From Hyphomonas sp. (GTDB lineage: Bacteria > Pseudomonadota > Alphaproteobacteria > Caulobacterales > Hyphomonadaceae): a stretch of DNA of 64,000 bases. The notes under the pieces were generated by a model, which was not told the origin of the DNA, made no database searches, and was given only the letters and a program-made list of their open reading frames with translations. Positions within the stretch are counted from its first letter, which is position 1, and every line of letters starts with the position of its first letter. The stretch lies in NCBI RefSeq assembly GCF_018402285.1, contig NZ_JAGYJH010000001.1, positions 83,589 to 147,588 of the forward strand, given 5' to 3'. Below, piece after piece: positions 16,524 through 24,781 of the stretch. The position numbers and the translations under genes were made by a program.

Positions 16524-18005
16524 ATGATAATGACACCAACAGATATTGGAATCACCATACGCGCCGCACGAAAGGCGCAAGGCCTGCGGCAGGACGAACT
16601 TGCGGCTGCGGCCAATGTCGGCGTGCGTTTTCTGATCGAGCTCGAAGCCGGCAAGGAAACCGCCCAGCTCGGCAAGACGCTGGCCGTTCTGTCTGCGCTC
16701 GGTATCGACGTGGCGCTATCCACCCCTGACGAGGCGCGGCGCATGACGCGGCGGCTGATCGTCTGGTGGAACGGCGCGCGTGTTGGTCAGCTCGCCCTGA
16801 ACGAATACGGCGAACCTGAGTTCACCTATGCAGCCGACTGGCTCGCAACCTCGAACGCGAGGCCGGTTTCAGCGTCCTTGCCGCTGCAGCCCGAACCCTT
16901 CGACCGGAGGGCAACACTGCCCTTTTTCGAGGGTCTTCTGCCGGAGGCGGCCCAGCGCACTGCGATTGCGCAGGCGCTTGGCATTTCTGAACGAAATGAG
17001 TTCCGACTCCTGGAAGAAATTGGCGGCGAGGTCGCCGGGGCGATCGAAGTCTGGCCGGAGGATATGGAACCTGCTGTAGCAGGGTCGCCAGAGGCATCCC
17101 GAATTCTGAGCGATGACGAACTGGTCGCGCTGATCGACCGGTTGCCAACGCGCCCCATGCTGGCGGGCGGCGAAGACCGCTTGCGGCTTTCGCTCGCTGG
17201 CGCCCAGTCGAAACTGCCTGTGATCTGCAAGGATGGCCAGATCGCGCTGCCCGCACCAGGGCAGCCAACAACCCATATCCTGAAGCCCGAGATCGCCCGG
17301 TTCGAGGGCACTGCCGAGAACGAGGCCTTCTGCATGCGGCTCGCCTGCGCCATCGGGCTTGACGTTGCTCACGTCCAGTATCGCAGCATCAGCGACAAAC
17401 GGTTCCTGCTGATCGAACGCTATGACCGGCAGACCGGCGAAGACGGGAAGACGATGCGTCTTCATCAGGAGGATTTCTGCCAGGCGCTTGGTTTCACGTC
17501 AGCGCGCAAATATGCAAGCGATGGCGGGCCGGTTTTCCGGGACTGTTTTGCCCTTATCCGGCGGGTAACGACGCGACCCGCAGCCGAAACGCTGAAGCTG
17601 CTGGATGCGGCCCTGTTCAACGCCATCATCGGCAATGCCGACGCCCATGCGAAGAATTTCAGCCTGCTCTATCTGCCGGACCGCACGCAGCTCGCACCGC
17701 TCTATGATCTTCTCTCCACCGTTGCCTATCCGGACCTCAGTCAACGCTTCGCCATGAAGATCGGCGGACGCCGGACGCTGGAGGAGATTTACCCCGCCGA
17801 TCTCGACAAGTTTGCAAGGGACATCGAGATCCGCGCACCGTTCGTTCGCAGACGGATGGGGGAGATTGCAGAGGCCGTTATCGAGCAATCGGATGGTGTT
17901 GCGGCCGCGCTTGTGTTGGCGAGTGATCGGCGACAGCTGCTCAATGAGATATGCGATACCGTTGCCGGGCGAGCGAAGTTACTACTGGATCGGCTCAAGT
18001 CCTGA
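16524..18005 (+). CDS. hipA: HipB-like XRE HTH domain fused in frame to a HipA family serine/threonine kinase toxin
   Basis: Residues 1-73 are an HTH (IRAARKAQGLRQDELAAAANVGVRFLIELEAGK). From Met74 (ATG 16743) it is HipA: LSLAGAQSKLPV P-loop-like motif, GNADAHAKNFSLLY catalytic loop, YDLLST. There is no stop codon between the two parts. Confidence 0.85.
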   Translation: MIMTPTDIGITIRAARKAQGLRQDELAAAANVGVRFLIELEAGKETAQLGKTLAVLSALGIDVALSTPDEARRMTRRLIVWWNGARVGQLALNEYGEPEFTYAADWLATSNARPVSASLPLQPEPFDRRATLPFFEGLLPEAAQRTAIAQALGISERNEFRLLEEIGGEVAGAIEVWPEDMEPAVAGSPEASRILSDDELVALIDRLPTRPMLAGGEDRLRLSLAGAQSKLPVICKDGQIALPAPGQPTTHILKPEIARFEGTAENEAFCMRLACAIGLDVAHVQYRSISDKRFLLIERYDRQTGEDGKTMRLHQEDFCQALGFTSARKYASDGGPVFRDCFALIRRVTTRPAAETLKLLDAALFNAIIGNADAHAKNFSLLYLPDRTQLAPLYDLLSTVAYPDLSQRFAMKIGGRRTLEEIYPADLDKFARDIEIRAPFVRRRMGEIAEAVIEQSDGVAAALVLASDRRQLLNEICDTVAGRAKLLLDRLKS

Positions 18006-18064
18006 TGGATACCCAGTCACCGTTACGCAATACCGAAACCGGTTCGCCCAATATCAGGATGGCG

Positions 18065-18190
18065 CTACTCTCCAACTGCGCGATCGCGCTGCTTGAGCAT
18101 GCCGACAAGAGCGGCGGTCTTGGACTGACGCTTGATTGCCTGCACATGCTTCTCGGCCGAAGACTCTTTCGGCCCGGATTTCTGTCTCAT
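18065..18190 (-). CDS. 41-aa basic ORF of unknown function at the right arm of the insertion
   Basis: ATG 18190 is preceded by AGGAG with 5-nt spacing. MRQKSGPKESSAEKHVQAIKRQSKTAALVGMLKQRDRAVGE. Below the ORF-track size cutoff. No family assignment is possible by eye. Confidence 0.3.
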   Translation of the reverse strand: MRQKSGPKESSAEKHVQAIKRQSKTAALVGMLKQRDRAVGE

Positions 18191-18329
18191 CTTCACTCCT
18201 CGTATCAGTTACGATGAGCCAGAAATCCTCCTTAAGCAATTTAGCCGAACTGTCTCATGGTCGCTGACGGGGAACAGCCATTTTTTAAGCCTTTCTGCAA
18301 GTGTTTGCAAAAGGCATTCTAGCCCTCTT

Positions 18330-18381
18330 AAAATCCCTAGGCCCAACGGCCGTGCCGGTTCGAATCCGGCCGCCGGCACCA
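18330..18381 (+). pseudogene. 3' half of the disrupted tRNA-Leu(UAA) (A35 to CCA)
   Basis: AAAA TCCCT AGGCCCAACGGCCGT GCCGG TTCGAAT CCGGC CGCCGGC A CCA. The acceptor strand is the exact complement of 14673-14679. Confidence 0.85.
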
Positions 18382-18532
18382 GTTTCACTCTGATCGGGTA
18401 TCGCCGCGCCTACATGCGTCACGCTCAAGGCTGGTTGCGCCGCAGTTTCGGGGGGAGTGCCCCCGTTGCGCCATTTGCCCTTCTGCGAAAAATCGTTAGC
18501 TTTCCCGGCAAGAAGATCGCGGGGAAACGCAC

Positions 18533-19978
18533 ATGACGACTGGAGACCGGCAAGCCGCCGCGTTGCGGCCAGGCATTGCCGCGCAGCTCGGCCTGTTCAT
18601 CGGTCCGGCGCTGGCCATCCTGATCGCCCTCCTGCCCCCGCCCGAAGGTCTGGAGCGAGGCGGTATGCTGGTGGCCGCTGTGCTCGTTCTCATGGCGGTC
18701 TGGTGGGCCACCGAGGCCGTGCCAATTGCGGTGACCTCCCTGCTGCCTCTCGGCCTTCTCCCCCTCACCGGTGTCGCCAGCCTGAGGGACATCGCCGCCC
18801 CTTATGCCGATCAGGTTGTCCTGCTCCTTCTGGGCGGGTTCATCATGGCGATCGGCATCGAGAAATGGCACCTCCACCGGCGCATCGCCCTCAACGTCCT
18901 TCTCTTGTCGGGCGCCCGCCTGAAACTGCTCGCGGGCGGCTTCATGCTCGCCACGGCCCTTCTGTCGATGTGGATTTCCAATACGGCCACCAGCCTGATG
19001 ATGGCGCCAATTGCCCTCTCCGTCGCGGTGGCCGCCGGCGGTGGCCCGCGCCTTGCCGGCGCGCTTCTGCTGGGAATTGCCTATTCCGCCTCCATCGGCG
19101 GCCTCGCCACCCCGGTCGGCACACCCACCAACCTGATCGCCATAGGCTGGCTCAGCGAAAATGCCGGGATCGACATCAGCTTCCGGGAATGGATGAGTTT
19201 GGGCCTGCCGGTTGCCCTCATCATGCTGCCATTGGCCTGGCTGATCCTGACCTGGGGCCTCAGGTCCGACGCCGCCGCCGCCAGGGCCGCCGAAGCCACG
19301 ATCCGCAACCAGCGCAACGCACTCGGCCGAATGACCACTCCTGAAACCCGCGTCGCCATCGTCTTCGGCGTCGTGGCCCTTGCCTGGATCACGCGCGAGC
19401 AGCTGGTCCAGATACCTCTCCTCGCCGGTCTCACCGACATGGGCATCGCCATTCTCGGCGCCATCCTGATGTTCCTTGTGCCCCATGGCAGCCATGCCCC
19501 TGAACACCAGCCCGGCGGCTGGGCGCTCCTTAACTGGGACGATGCCCGCGCTGTGCCATGGGATGTCGTCCTGCTGTTTGGCGGGGGCCTGTCTCTGGCT
19601 GCGGCTGTCCAGGCTTCGGGGCTCGCCGGATGGCTCGGCAACTCCCTGGCCGGCTTTGCCAATGTGCCGCCCATCATCCTCATCCTCATCGTCGTCGCGA
19701 TCATCATCTTCCTGACAGAAATCATGTCGAATGTGGCCGCCATGACGACGTTCCTGCCCGTTCTGGGCGCGCTGGCGATGGCAACCGGCGTGGACGTGCG
19801 CAGCCTCATCATCCCTTGCGCGATGGCCGCCTCCTGCGCCTTCATGCTGCCGATCGCGACCGGGCCGAATGCGGTTGTCTTCGGCATGCGGCAATTCTCG
19901 ATCGGGCGGATGATGCGGACCGGCTTCTGGCTCAACATCGCCTGCGTGATAATCGTGACCCTGTATTTCGGCCTCTGA
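18533..19978 (+). CDS. DASS/SLC13 family anion (dicarboxylate/sulfate) transporter
   Basis: 481 aa, polytopic. AVWWATEAVPIAVTSLLP motif and a repeated SNTAT/SNVAA hairpin motif. Confidence 0.85.
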   Translation: MTTGDRQAAALRPGIAAQLGLFIGPALAILIALLPPPEGLERGGMLVAAVLVLMAVWWATEAVPIAVTSLLPLGLLPLTGVASLRDIAAPYADQVVLLLLGGFIMAIGIEKWHLHRRIALNVLLLSGARLKLLAGGFMLATALLSMWISNTATSLMMAPIALSVAVAAGGGPRLAGALLLGIAYSASIGGLATPVGTPTNLIAIGWLSENAGIDISFREWMSLGLPVALIMLPLAWLILTWGLRSDAAAARAAEATIRNQRNALGRMTTPETRVAIVFGVVALAWITREQLVQIPLLAGLTDMGIAILGAILMFLVPHGSHAPEHQPGGWALLNWDDARAVPWDVVLLFGGGLSLAAAVQASGLAGWLGNSLAGFANVPPIILILIVVAIIIFLTEIMSNVAAMTTFLPVLGALAMATGVDVRSLIIPCAMAASCAFMLPIATGPNAVVFGMRQFSIGRMMRTGFWLNIACVIIVTLYFGL

Positions 19979-20100
19979 GGCCGGACCGCAGCGGCGCCAG
20001 CCGGGTTGTCACAAATATACAATCGACGCGTAGGTTTAAGATACCTGCGCCCCGCGAGCTGTCAGTATTGTGTCAGATTTGTTGGGTTAGACGCTGCCCG

Positions 20101-20766
20101 GTGAAACGTGCATCCTTTGCCCTTATTGCCCTGACCTGCGCCGCGGCCCCGGCCGCGATGGCGGAAAACCAGGTCTGGACATCGATCGACCTCACAGCGG
20201 GCCCTTCAGCAGACGGGCAGCTGGGACCCCGTCTGGAAATCAATTCCCGCTACGAACCGGATGGCGCACCCTCGCGCATCGAACTGCGTCCCGGCGTGAC
20301 CTACGCGCTGCGCCCTGGCGTCGAACTCGCAGGCGGCTACTACTGGGGCCACACAAACCAGTCCGGACCGGACCGGAATGAGCACCGCCTCTGGCAGCAG
20401 GCAAGCTATGACATCGCCCGGGGCGGGGGCTTTGAAGTGTCGGGCCGGACCCGCATGGAGCAACGCTACCGGGAGAGCTTTGACGACACCGGCGCGCGCA
20501 TCCGCCAGCGTGTGACAGTGTCCTACAAGGTTCCCGGAACGCCGTTCACCCTCTCGGCTGGGCCGGAAGTCTATTTTGAATTGTTCAAGACCGATTGGGG
20601 CGCCGAAACCGGCCTGAGCGAAGTGCGGACCAAGGCGAGGATTGACTGGGCCGTGTCAGAGACGCTCGAACTGAGCCTTGGCTATCTCAACCAGTTCCAA
20701 AACGAGCAGGATGGACCCGACGAAAGCGACCGTCATATCCTGATCGGCCTGTCCAAAGCCTTCTGA
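20101..20766 (+). CDS. DUF2490-like outer-membrane protein
   Basis: GTG start and signal peptide VKRASFALIALTCAAAPAAMA. EHRLWQQ motif. Alternating beta-strand pattern. The ORF upstream of 20101 overlaps the transporter gene. Confidence 0.7.
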   Translation: MKRASFALIALTCAAAPAAMAENQVWTSIDLTAGPSADGQLGPRLEINSRYEPDGAPSRIELRPGVTYALRPGVELAGGYYWGHTNQSGPDRNEHRLWQQASYDIARGGGFEVSGRTRMEQRYRESFDDTGARIRQRVTVSYKVPGTPFTLSAGPEVYFELFKTDWGAETGLSEVRTKARIDWAVSETLELSLGYLNQFQNEQDGPDESDRHILIGLSKAF

Positions 20767-20780
20767 TCTGTCCCAACGAA

Positions 20781-20810
20781 AAGCGCGCCTCCCGTCAGGA
20801 AGGCGCGCTT
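20781..20810 (+). terminator. Hairpin terminator
   Basis: AAGCGCGCCT / AGGCGCGCTT 10-bp stem, followed by an A-rich tract. May act for both convergent genes. Confidence 0.6.
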
Positions 20811-20863
20811 AAAAATCTGGTCATCTGCGCAGGCGAGCCAGAGGCGTCTGCCTGCGGGAAAGA

Positions 20864-21073
20864 TTAGGCCAGCTCGATGGCGCTGACCGCCGACTTGCCG
20901 GAACGCTTGTCGATGGCGGTGTCGTACGACACTTTCTGACCTTCGTTCAGGTGGGCGATACCCGAACGCTCGAGCGTCGAGATGTGCACGAATACGTCAT
21001 TTCCGCCGTCGTTGGGCGAAATGAAGCCGAAGCCCTTCTGGCTGTTGAAGAACTTCACGATACCATTTGTCAT
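20864..21073 (-). CDS. cspA: Cold-shock protein, CspA family
   Basis: [27 protein letters not shown] (RNP1/RNP2 motifs). 69 aa. Long AT-richer leader at 21074-21240. Confidence 0.95.
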   Translation of the reverse strand: MTNGIVKFFNSQKGFGFISPNDGGNDVFVHISTLERSGIAHLNEGQKVSYDTAIDKRSGKSAVSAIELA

Positions 21074-21247
21074 TTATATAAGTCTCATAGTCATTGGTGG
21101 ACTGACAATGCGTCAGCCCTTGCATATCGAATTTTGGAGAGTTTCTGAAACCGCAACTCACCTTGGTGAGCGCACGCGCCTGATCGTCCGGCCAATGTCG
21201 ATGGCAGGCATATGCGCTATCCACAGGCAGAATGCAAGTTTAATTTA

Positions 21248-21280
21248 CTGTCAGGCTCCGGACGCTCCGGAGCCTGACAG
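21248..21280 (-). terminator. Perfect 15-bp hairpin just downstream of the thiolase gene
   Basis: CTGTCAGGCTCCGGA cgc TCCGGAGCCTGACAG. There is no clear U-tract. Confidence 0.5.
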
Positions 21281-21285
21281 GTTTC

Positions 21286-22497
21286 TCAGTTAACGCGCTC
21301 GAACACCGCCGCGAGTCCCTGCCCGCCGCCAATACACATGGTTTCAAGGCCATAGCGCGCCCCGCGCCGGTCCATCTCGCGCAGCATCGTGGCCAGGATC
21401 CGCCCGCCTGTCGCGCCGACCGGGTGGCCAAGAGAAATGCCGGAGCCGTGTACATTGAGGCGCGCATAGTCCTCTTTGGAGAAGCCCATCGCCTTGGTGC
21501 AGGCAAGCACCTGCGCAGCAAACGCCTCATTCAGCTCGATCAGATCGATGTCTTTCAGGCTGAGACCGGCCCGCTTCAACGCTTTTTCCGTAGACGGAAC
21601 AGGGCCAATCCCCATCACCGCCGGGCCGACGCCCGCCACAGCCCAGGAGACAAGCCGGGCGAGGGGTTTGAGGCCGTTGGCCTCTGCCAGTTCGCGGGTC
21701 ATCACCAGACAGGCCGATCCGCCATCATTCTGGCCGCTGGCATTGCCGGCAGTCACGGTGGCTTCTGCGTCCTGCTTCAGGCGGATGGCCTTGAGCTTGG
21801 AGAGCACGTCCACCGTGGAGTCGCCGCGCGGATGCTCGTCGCTGTCGACAACCGTGTCGCCCTTTCGGCCTTTGACCGTGAACGGAATGATCTCTTCTGC
21901 AAACACGCCGGCCTTCTGCGCGGCCACAGCCTTGGCATGGGAGGCGGCGGCAAACTCGTCCTGCGCCTCGCGGGTGATCTGGTAATCGCGGCGCAGGTTT
22001 TCCGCCGTCTCCAGCATGCCGCCGGGCACGGGGAAGTTCTTCCCGCCCGCGGTAAGACGGCCATTAACAAGGCCGTCATGCACGGTCATGTTGCCCTGGC
22101 CGAGGCCCCAGCGCCAGTTGGTGGAATAGAACGGCGCGTTGCTCATCGATTCTGCGCCCCCTGCGATCACGCAATCCATCGCGCCGGTGGCCACCTGCAT
22201 CGTGGCGTTGATGATCGCCTGAAGCCCCGAGCCGCAGCGCCGGTCGATCTGCATGCCGGTGACGTCCACCGGCAGACCGGCGTCCAGCGCCACAACGCGG
22301 CCGAGCGCAGGCGCGTCCATCGACGGATAGCACTGGGCAAAGATCACATCATCGACCTTGTCCCTGGCCAGGCCCGTCCGCGCCATCAGGCCCTCGACCA
22401 CAGCCGCGCCCAGTTCATGCGCGTGCACGCTCTTGAACGAGCCGCCAAAACCGCCCACCGCCGTCCGTACCGGCTCGACAATCACCACATCGCGCAT
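21286..22497 (-). CDS. Acetyl-CoA C-acyltransferase (thiolase)
   Basis: 403 aa. RRCGSGLQA active-site Cys region. C-terminal GLETMCIGGGQG motif. Confidence 0.95.
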   Translation of the reverse strand: MRDVVIVEPVRTAVGGFGGSFKSVHAHELGAAVVEGLMARTGLARDKVDDVIFAQCYPSMDAPALGRVVALDAGLPVDVTGMQIDRRCGSGLQAIINATMQVATGAMDCVIAGGAESMSNAPFYSTNWRWGLGQGNMTVHDGLVNGRLTAGGKNFPVPGGMLETAENLRRDYQITREAQDEFAAASHAKAVAAQKAGVFAEEIIPFTVKGRKGDTVVDSDEHPRGDSTVDVLSKLKAIRLKQDAEATVTAGNASGQNDGGSACLVMTRELAEANGLKPLARLVSWAVAGVGPAVMGIGPVPSTEKALKRAGLSLKDIDLIELNEAFAAQVLACTKAMGFSKEDYARLNVHGSGISLGHPVGATGGRILATMLREMDRRGARYGLETMCIGGGQGLAAVFERVN

Positions 22498-22580
22498 TCA
22501 TTCCTCCCGGGACTTCTCTGAAATCTGGCCTCTGTTAAACCCGCCCTTTGCGACAACGCAACCCGGACGGGCTTGAGTTG

Positions 22581-23363
22581 TCAGCCCTGCTGGTCCCGGC
22601 CCCGCGCGGTGACCTGCTTGCGGGCTTCTTCCACGGCCGACGCTGAAACCGACCTGGAATGCTCGATCGATCGGGTCACTTCTTCCTTCATCGAGGCGGC
22701 GAAATTCATGCCGAAGCCGTCATCGATCAGGGCCTTGTACTTGCGCAGGAGATCCGGGTTGGTGGACGTCATCTCGGCCGCCATCTGCAGCGCAGCGGGA
22801 ACAAGCTCAGCAGCCGGGTAAACGCGGTTGACGAGGCCCCATTTTTCCGACGTGTGCGCGTCGATGAAATTGCCCGTGAAGGAGAGTTCCTTGGCTCGGC
22901 TTATGCCGATCAGGCGGGAGAGTTTCTGCGAGAGCCCCCAGCCTGGCACGATGCCGACGCGCGCATGGGTGTCGGCAAAGCGTGTATGCTCGGAGGCGAG
23001 CAGCACGTCGCACATCAGGGCAAGCTCAAAGCCGCCGGTGATGGCAAAGCCGTTGATCGCGCCGATGATCGGCCAGGGATAGGCTTCAAGGGCTGCGAGC
23101 ATGTTGATCGATTTGGAATCCTCGTCCGCGCCGAGGGCAAAGCCGGTCTGGCCCGCTTCCTTAAGGTCGATGCCAGCGGTGAACGCCCGGCCCGCGCCGG
23201 TCAGCACGACAGCGCGGATTTCCGGGTCGTCCTTCAGCTCGGTGAACACGCGCACGATCTCGGCGCGCAGGGCACGGTTGAGCGCATTGAGGGCGTCGGG
23301 GCGATTAAGCGTGACGAGGCAGACGGCGCCGTGGCGTTCGGTCAGGACGATGGGCTGGGACAT
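22581..23363 (-). CDS. Enoyl-CoA hydratase/isomerase family protein
   Basis: LNRPDALNAL, GAGRAFTAGIDL and GGFELAL crotonase motifs. ATG 23363 has a GGAGGA RBS. Confidence 0.9.
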   Translation of the reverse strand: MSQPIVLTERHGAVCLVTLNRPDALNALNRALRAEIVRVFTELKDDPEIRAVVLTGAGRAFTAGIDLKEAGQTGFALGADEDSKSINMLAALEAYPWPIIGAINGFAITGGFELALMCDVLLASEHTRFADTHARVGIVPGWGLSQKLSRLIGISRAKELSFTGNFIDAHTSEKWGLVNRVYPAAELVPAALQMAAEMTSTNPDLLRKYKALIDDGFGMNFAASMKEEVTRSIEHSRSVSASAVEEARKQVTARGRDQQG

Positions 23364-23442
23364 GGGGCGTTCCTCCGGATATAGTCGCAAGAGGTGTTAG
23401 GACGGGCGGCAGGGCCCGCCAAGCCTGACGCGGCGTCCGCCC

Positions 23443-23928
23443 TTACCCTTTGCGGCGGGTTACCAGCCGGAAGACGCCGATCAGCGCGGCCAGGACAGCG
23501 ATCGCCGCTGCCAGCCAGAACAGGCCGAACTTGACCGGGGTGATCCACACCTTGGCATCGAGCGCGTCCGCCACGCCCGACAGGGCGAGGGCCTGGACCG
23601 TGTTCTCGGTGAGATCAAGGATCAGGACGGCAAAGGCCGGCACAGAAGCGATCTTCCCCCACTTGCCGAAGAAGCGCAGCGCCATGCCCGCAAACAGGAG
23701 GCCGAAGCTCAGCGGGAACAGCGTGTCGATGATCAGGGTCACCCAGAAATGTGCGGTCTTCTGATCAGCTGTCAGCCCCTCAAACAGGGCGCGGACTTCG
23801 ACGGGCTCGGACACAAGGTCGAGATAGGCCCCGCCGACAGAAGGGGCGAAAATCTCGAAGCCGGCGGCTGCAATGATCATCAGAGCAAAGAGCGCCCACA
23901 GGACCGGCGCGCGTGTCAGGAATTGCAT
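23443..23928 (-). CDS. Small membrane protein, function unknown
   Basis: 161 aa with about 4 hydrophobic helices. Confidence 0.55.
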   Translation of the reverse strand: MQFLTRAPVLWALFALMIIAAAGFEIFAPSVGGAYLDLVSEPVEVRALFEGLTADQKTAHFWVTLIIDTLFPLSFGLLFAGMALRFFGKWGKIASVPAFAVLILDLTENTVQALALSGVADALDAKVWITPVKFGLFWLAAAIAVLAALIGVFRLVTRRKG

Positions 23929-24022
23929 ATTGTCCCCTCCCCCGGGAGTTTCGCTGGCATTTTATAGCGCGGGGTTGGCGCAATGGTTGAAGTTTTTTGT
24001 CCCCTTATCGACGCTTTTCCGG

Positions 24023-24781
24023 TCAGGCCGGATCGAGCACAGGCTCCACGCCCAGGCTGCGCATCAGAGCCTCCAGCTCGCCCTGAACGGTCGTCAGCAG
24101 GGCAGTATCGCTCGCGCGGGCAACCAGCGCGACGCCATTGTCGCCCATGCCCAGATACCAGGGATAGGAACCGATGGAGACCCCGGGATAAGTCCTGGCA
24201 ATGTCTCCGAGCCGTTCGGCAAGGTCACCCTCGCGCAGGCCCGCCCCGCGCAGCTGGACCTTGTGAACCCGCTCGCCGCCTTCCAGGCGCGGGCCGATGT
24301 CTTCGAGCATCGCGCGGGCAATCTGGGGCACGCCGGCCAGCGTGAACACGTTCTCCATCTGGAAGCCCGGCGCGCCAGAGACCGGGTTTTTCACGATCCT
24401 TCCCCCATGCGGAATGCGGGCCATACGGCGGCGGGCCGGGGTGAATTCGGTGTTCATGGCCCTGTAGCGTTCCGCCATCTCCGCCATCACCTCGGGGTGT
24501 TCCGAAATGCCGGTATTGAAGGCTGCCGCAATAGCGTCGGCCGTGATGTCGTCATGCGTCGGACCGATGCCGCCCGTGGTGAAGACGTAGGTGTACTTCG
24601 CCCGCAGCGCATTGACCGCCGCCACGATCTCCTCCTGCACGTCCGGCACCGTCCGGCACTCGAGAACCGGTATGCCGATCGGCTCCAGATACTGCGCGAT
24701 CTGCTGGAGATTGATGTCACGGGTGCGCCCCGAGAGGAGTTCATCCCCGATCAGCAGGACAGCGGCGGTGGGCTGGGTCAT
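24023..24781 (-). CDS. Molybdopterin-binding (CinA N-terminal/MoCF-biosynthesis) domain protein
   Basis: AAVLLIGDELLSGRTRDINLQQIA and TTGGIGPTHDDITA motifs. 252 aa. Confidence 0.85.
   Translation of the reverse strand: MTQPTAAVLLIGDELLSGRTRDINLQQIAQYLEPIGIPVLECRTVPDVQEEIVAAVNALRAKYTYVFTTGGIGPTHDDITADAIAAAFNTGISEHPEVMAEMAERYRAMNTEFTPARRRMARIPHGGRIVKNPVSGAPGFQMENVFTLAGVPQIARAMLEDIGPRLEGGERVHKVQLRGAGLREGDLAERLGDIARTYPGVSIGSYPWYLGMGDNGVALVARASDTALLTTVQGELEALMRSLGVEPVLDPA

Larger units (their letters stand above)
14707..18329 (+). mobile_element. 3,623-bp insertion (integrase-less integrative-element remnant) in the tRNA-Leu anticodon loop
   Basis: Bounded by CTTAAAATC at 14704-14712 and 18327-18335. 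Non-coding arms are AT-richer than the flanks. Cargo is tRNA-Leu with an intron, AbiEi, an AbiEii stump and HTH-HipA. Confidence 0.65.

Noticed and set aside
14707-18329. An integrase, excisionase or transposase that would explain the mobility of the insertion.
   Set aside because: All six frames were inspected. Only abiEi, the abiEii stump, HTH-hipA and a 41-aa ORF are present, with no tyrosine or serine recombinase or DDE motifs. The element is therefore called a remnant, not an active island.
19558-20100. The upstream 180 codons of the 402-aa ORF that contains the DUF2490-like gene.
   Set aside because: This part overlaps the DASS transporter gene in another frame and is Arg/Pro-rich. The signal peptide and family similarity begin at GTG 20101.
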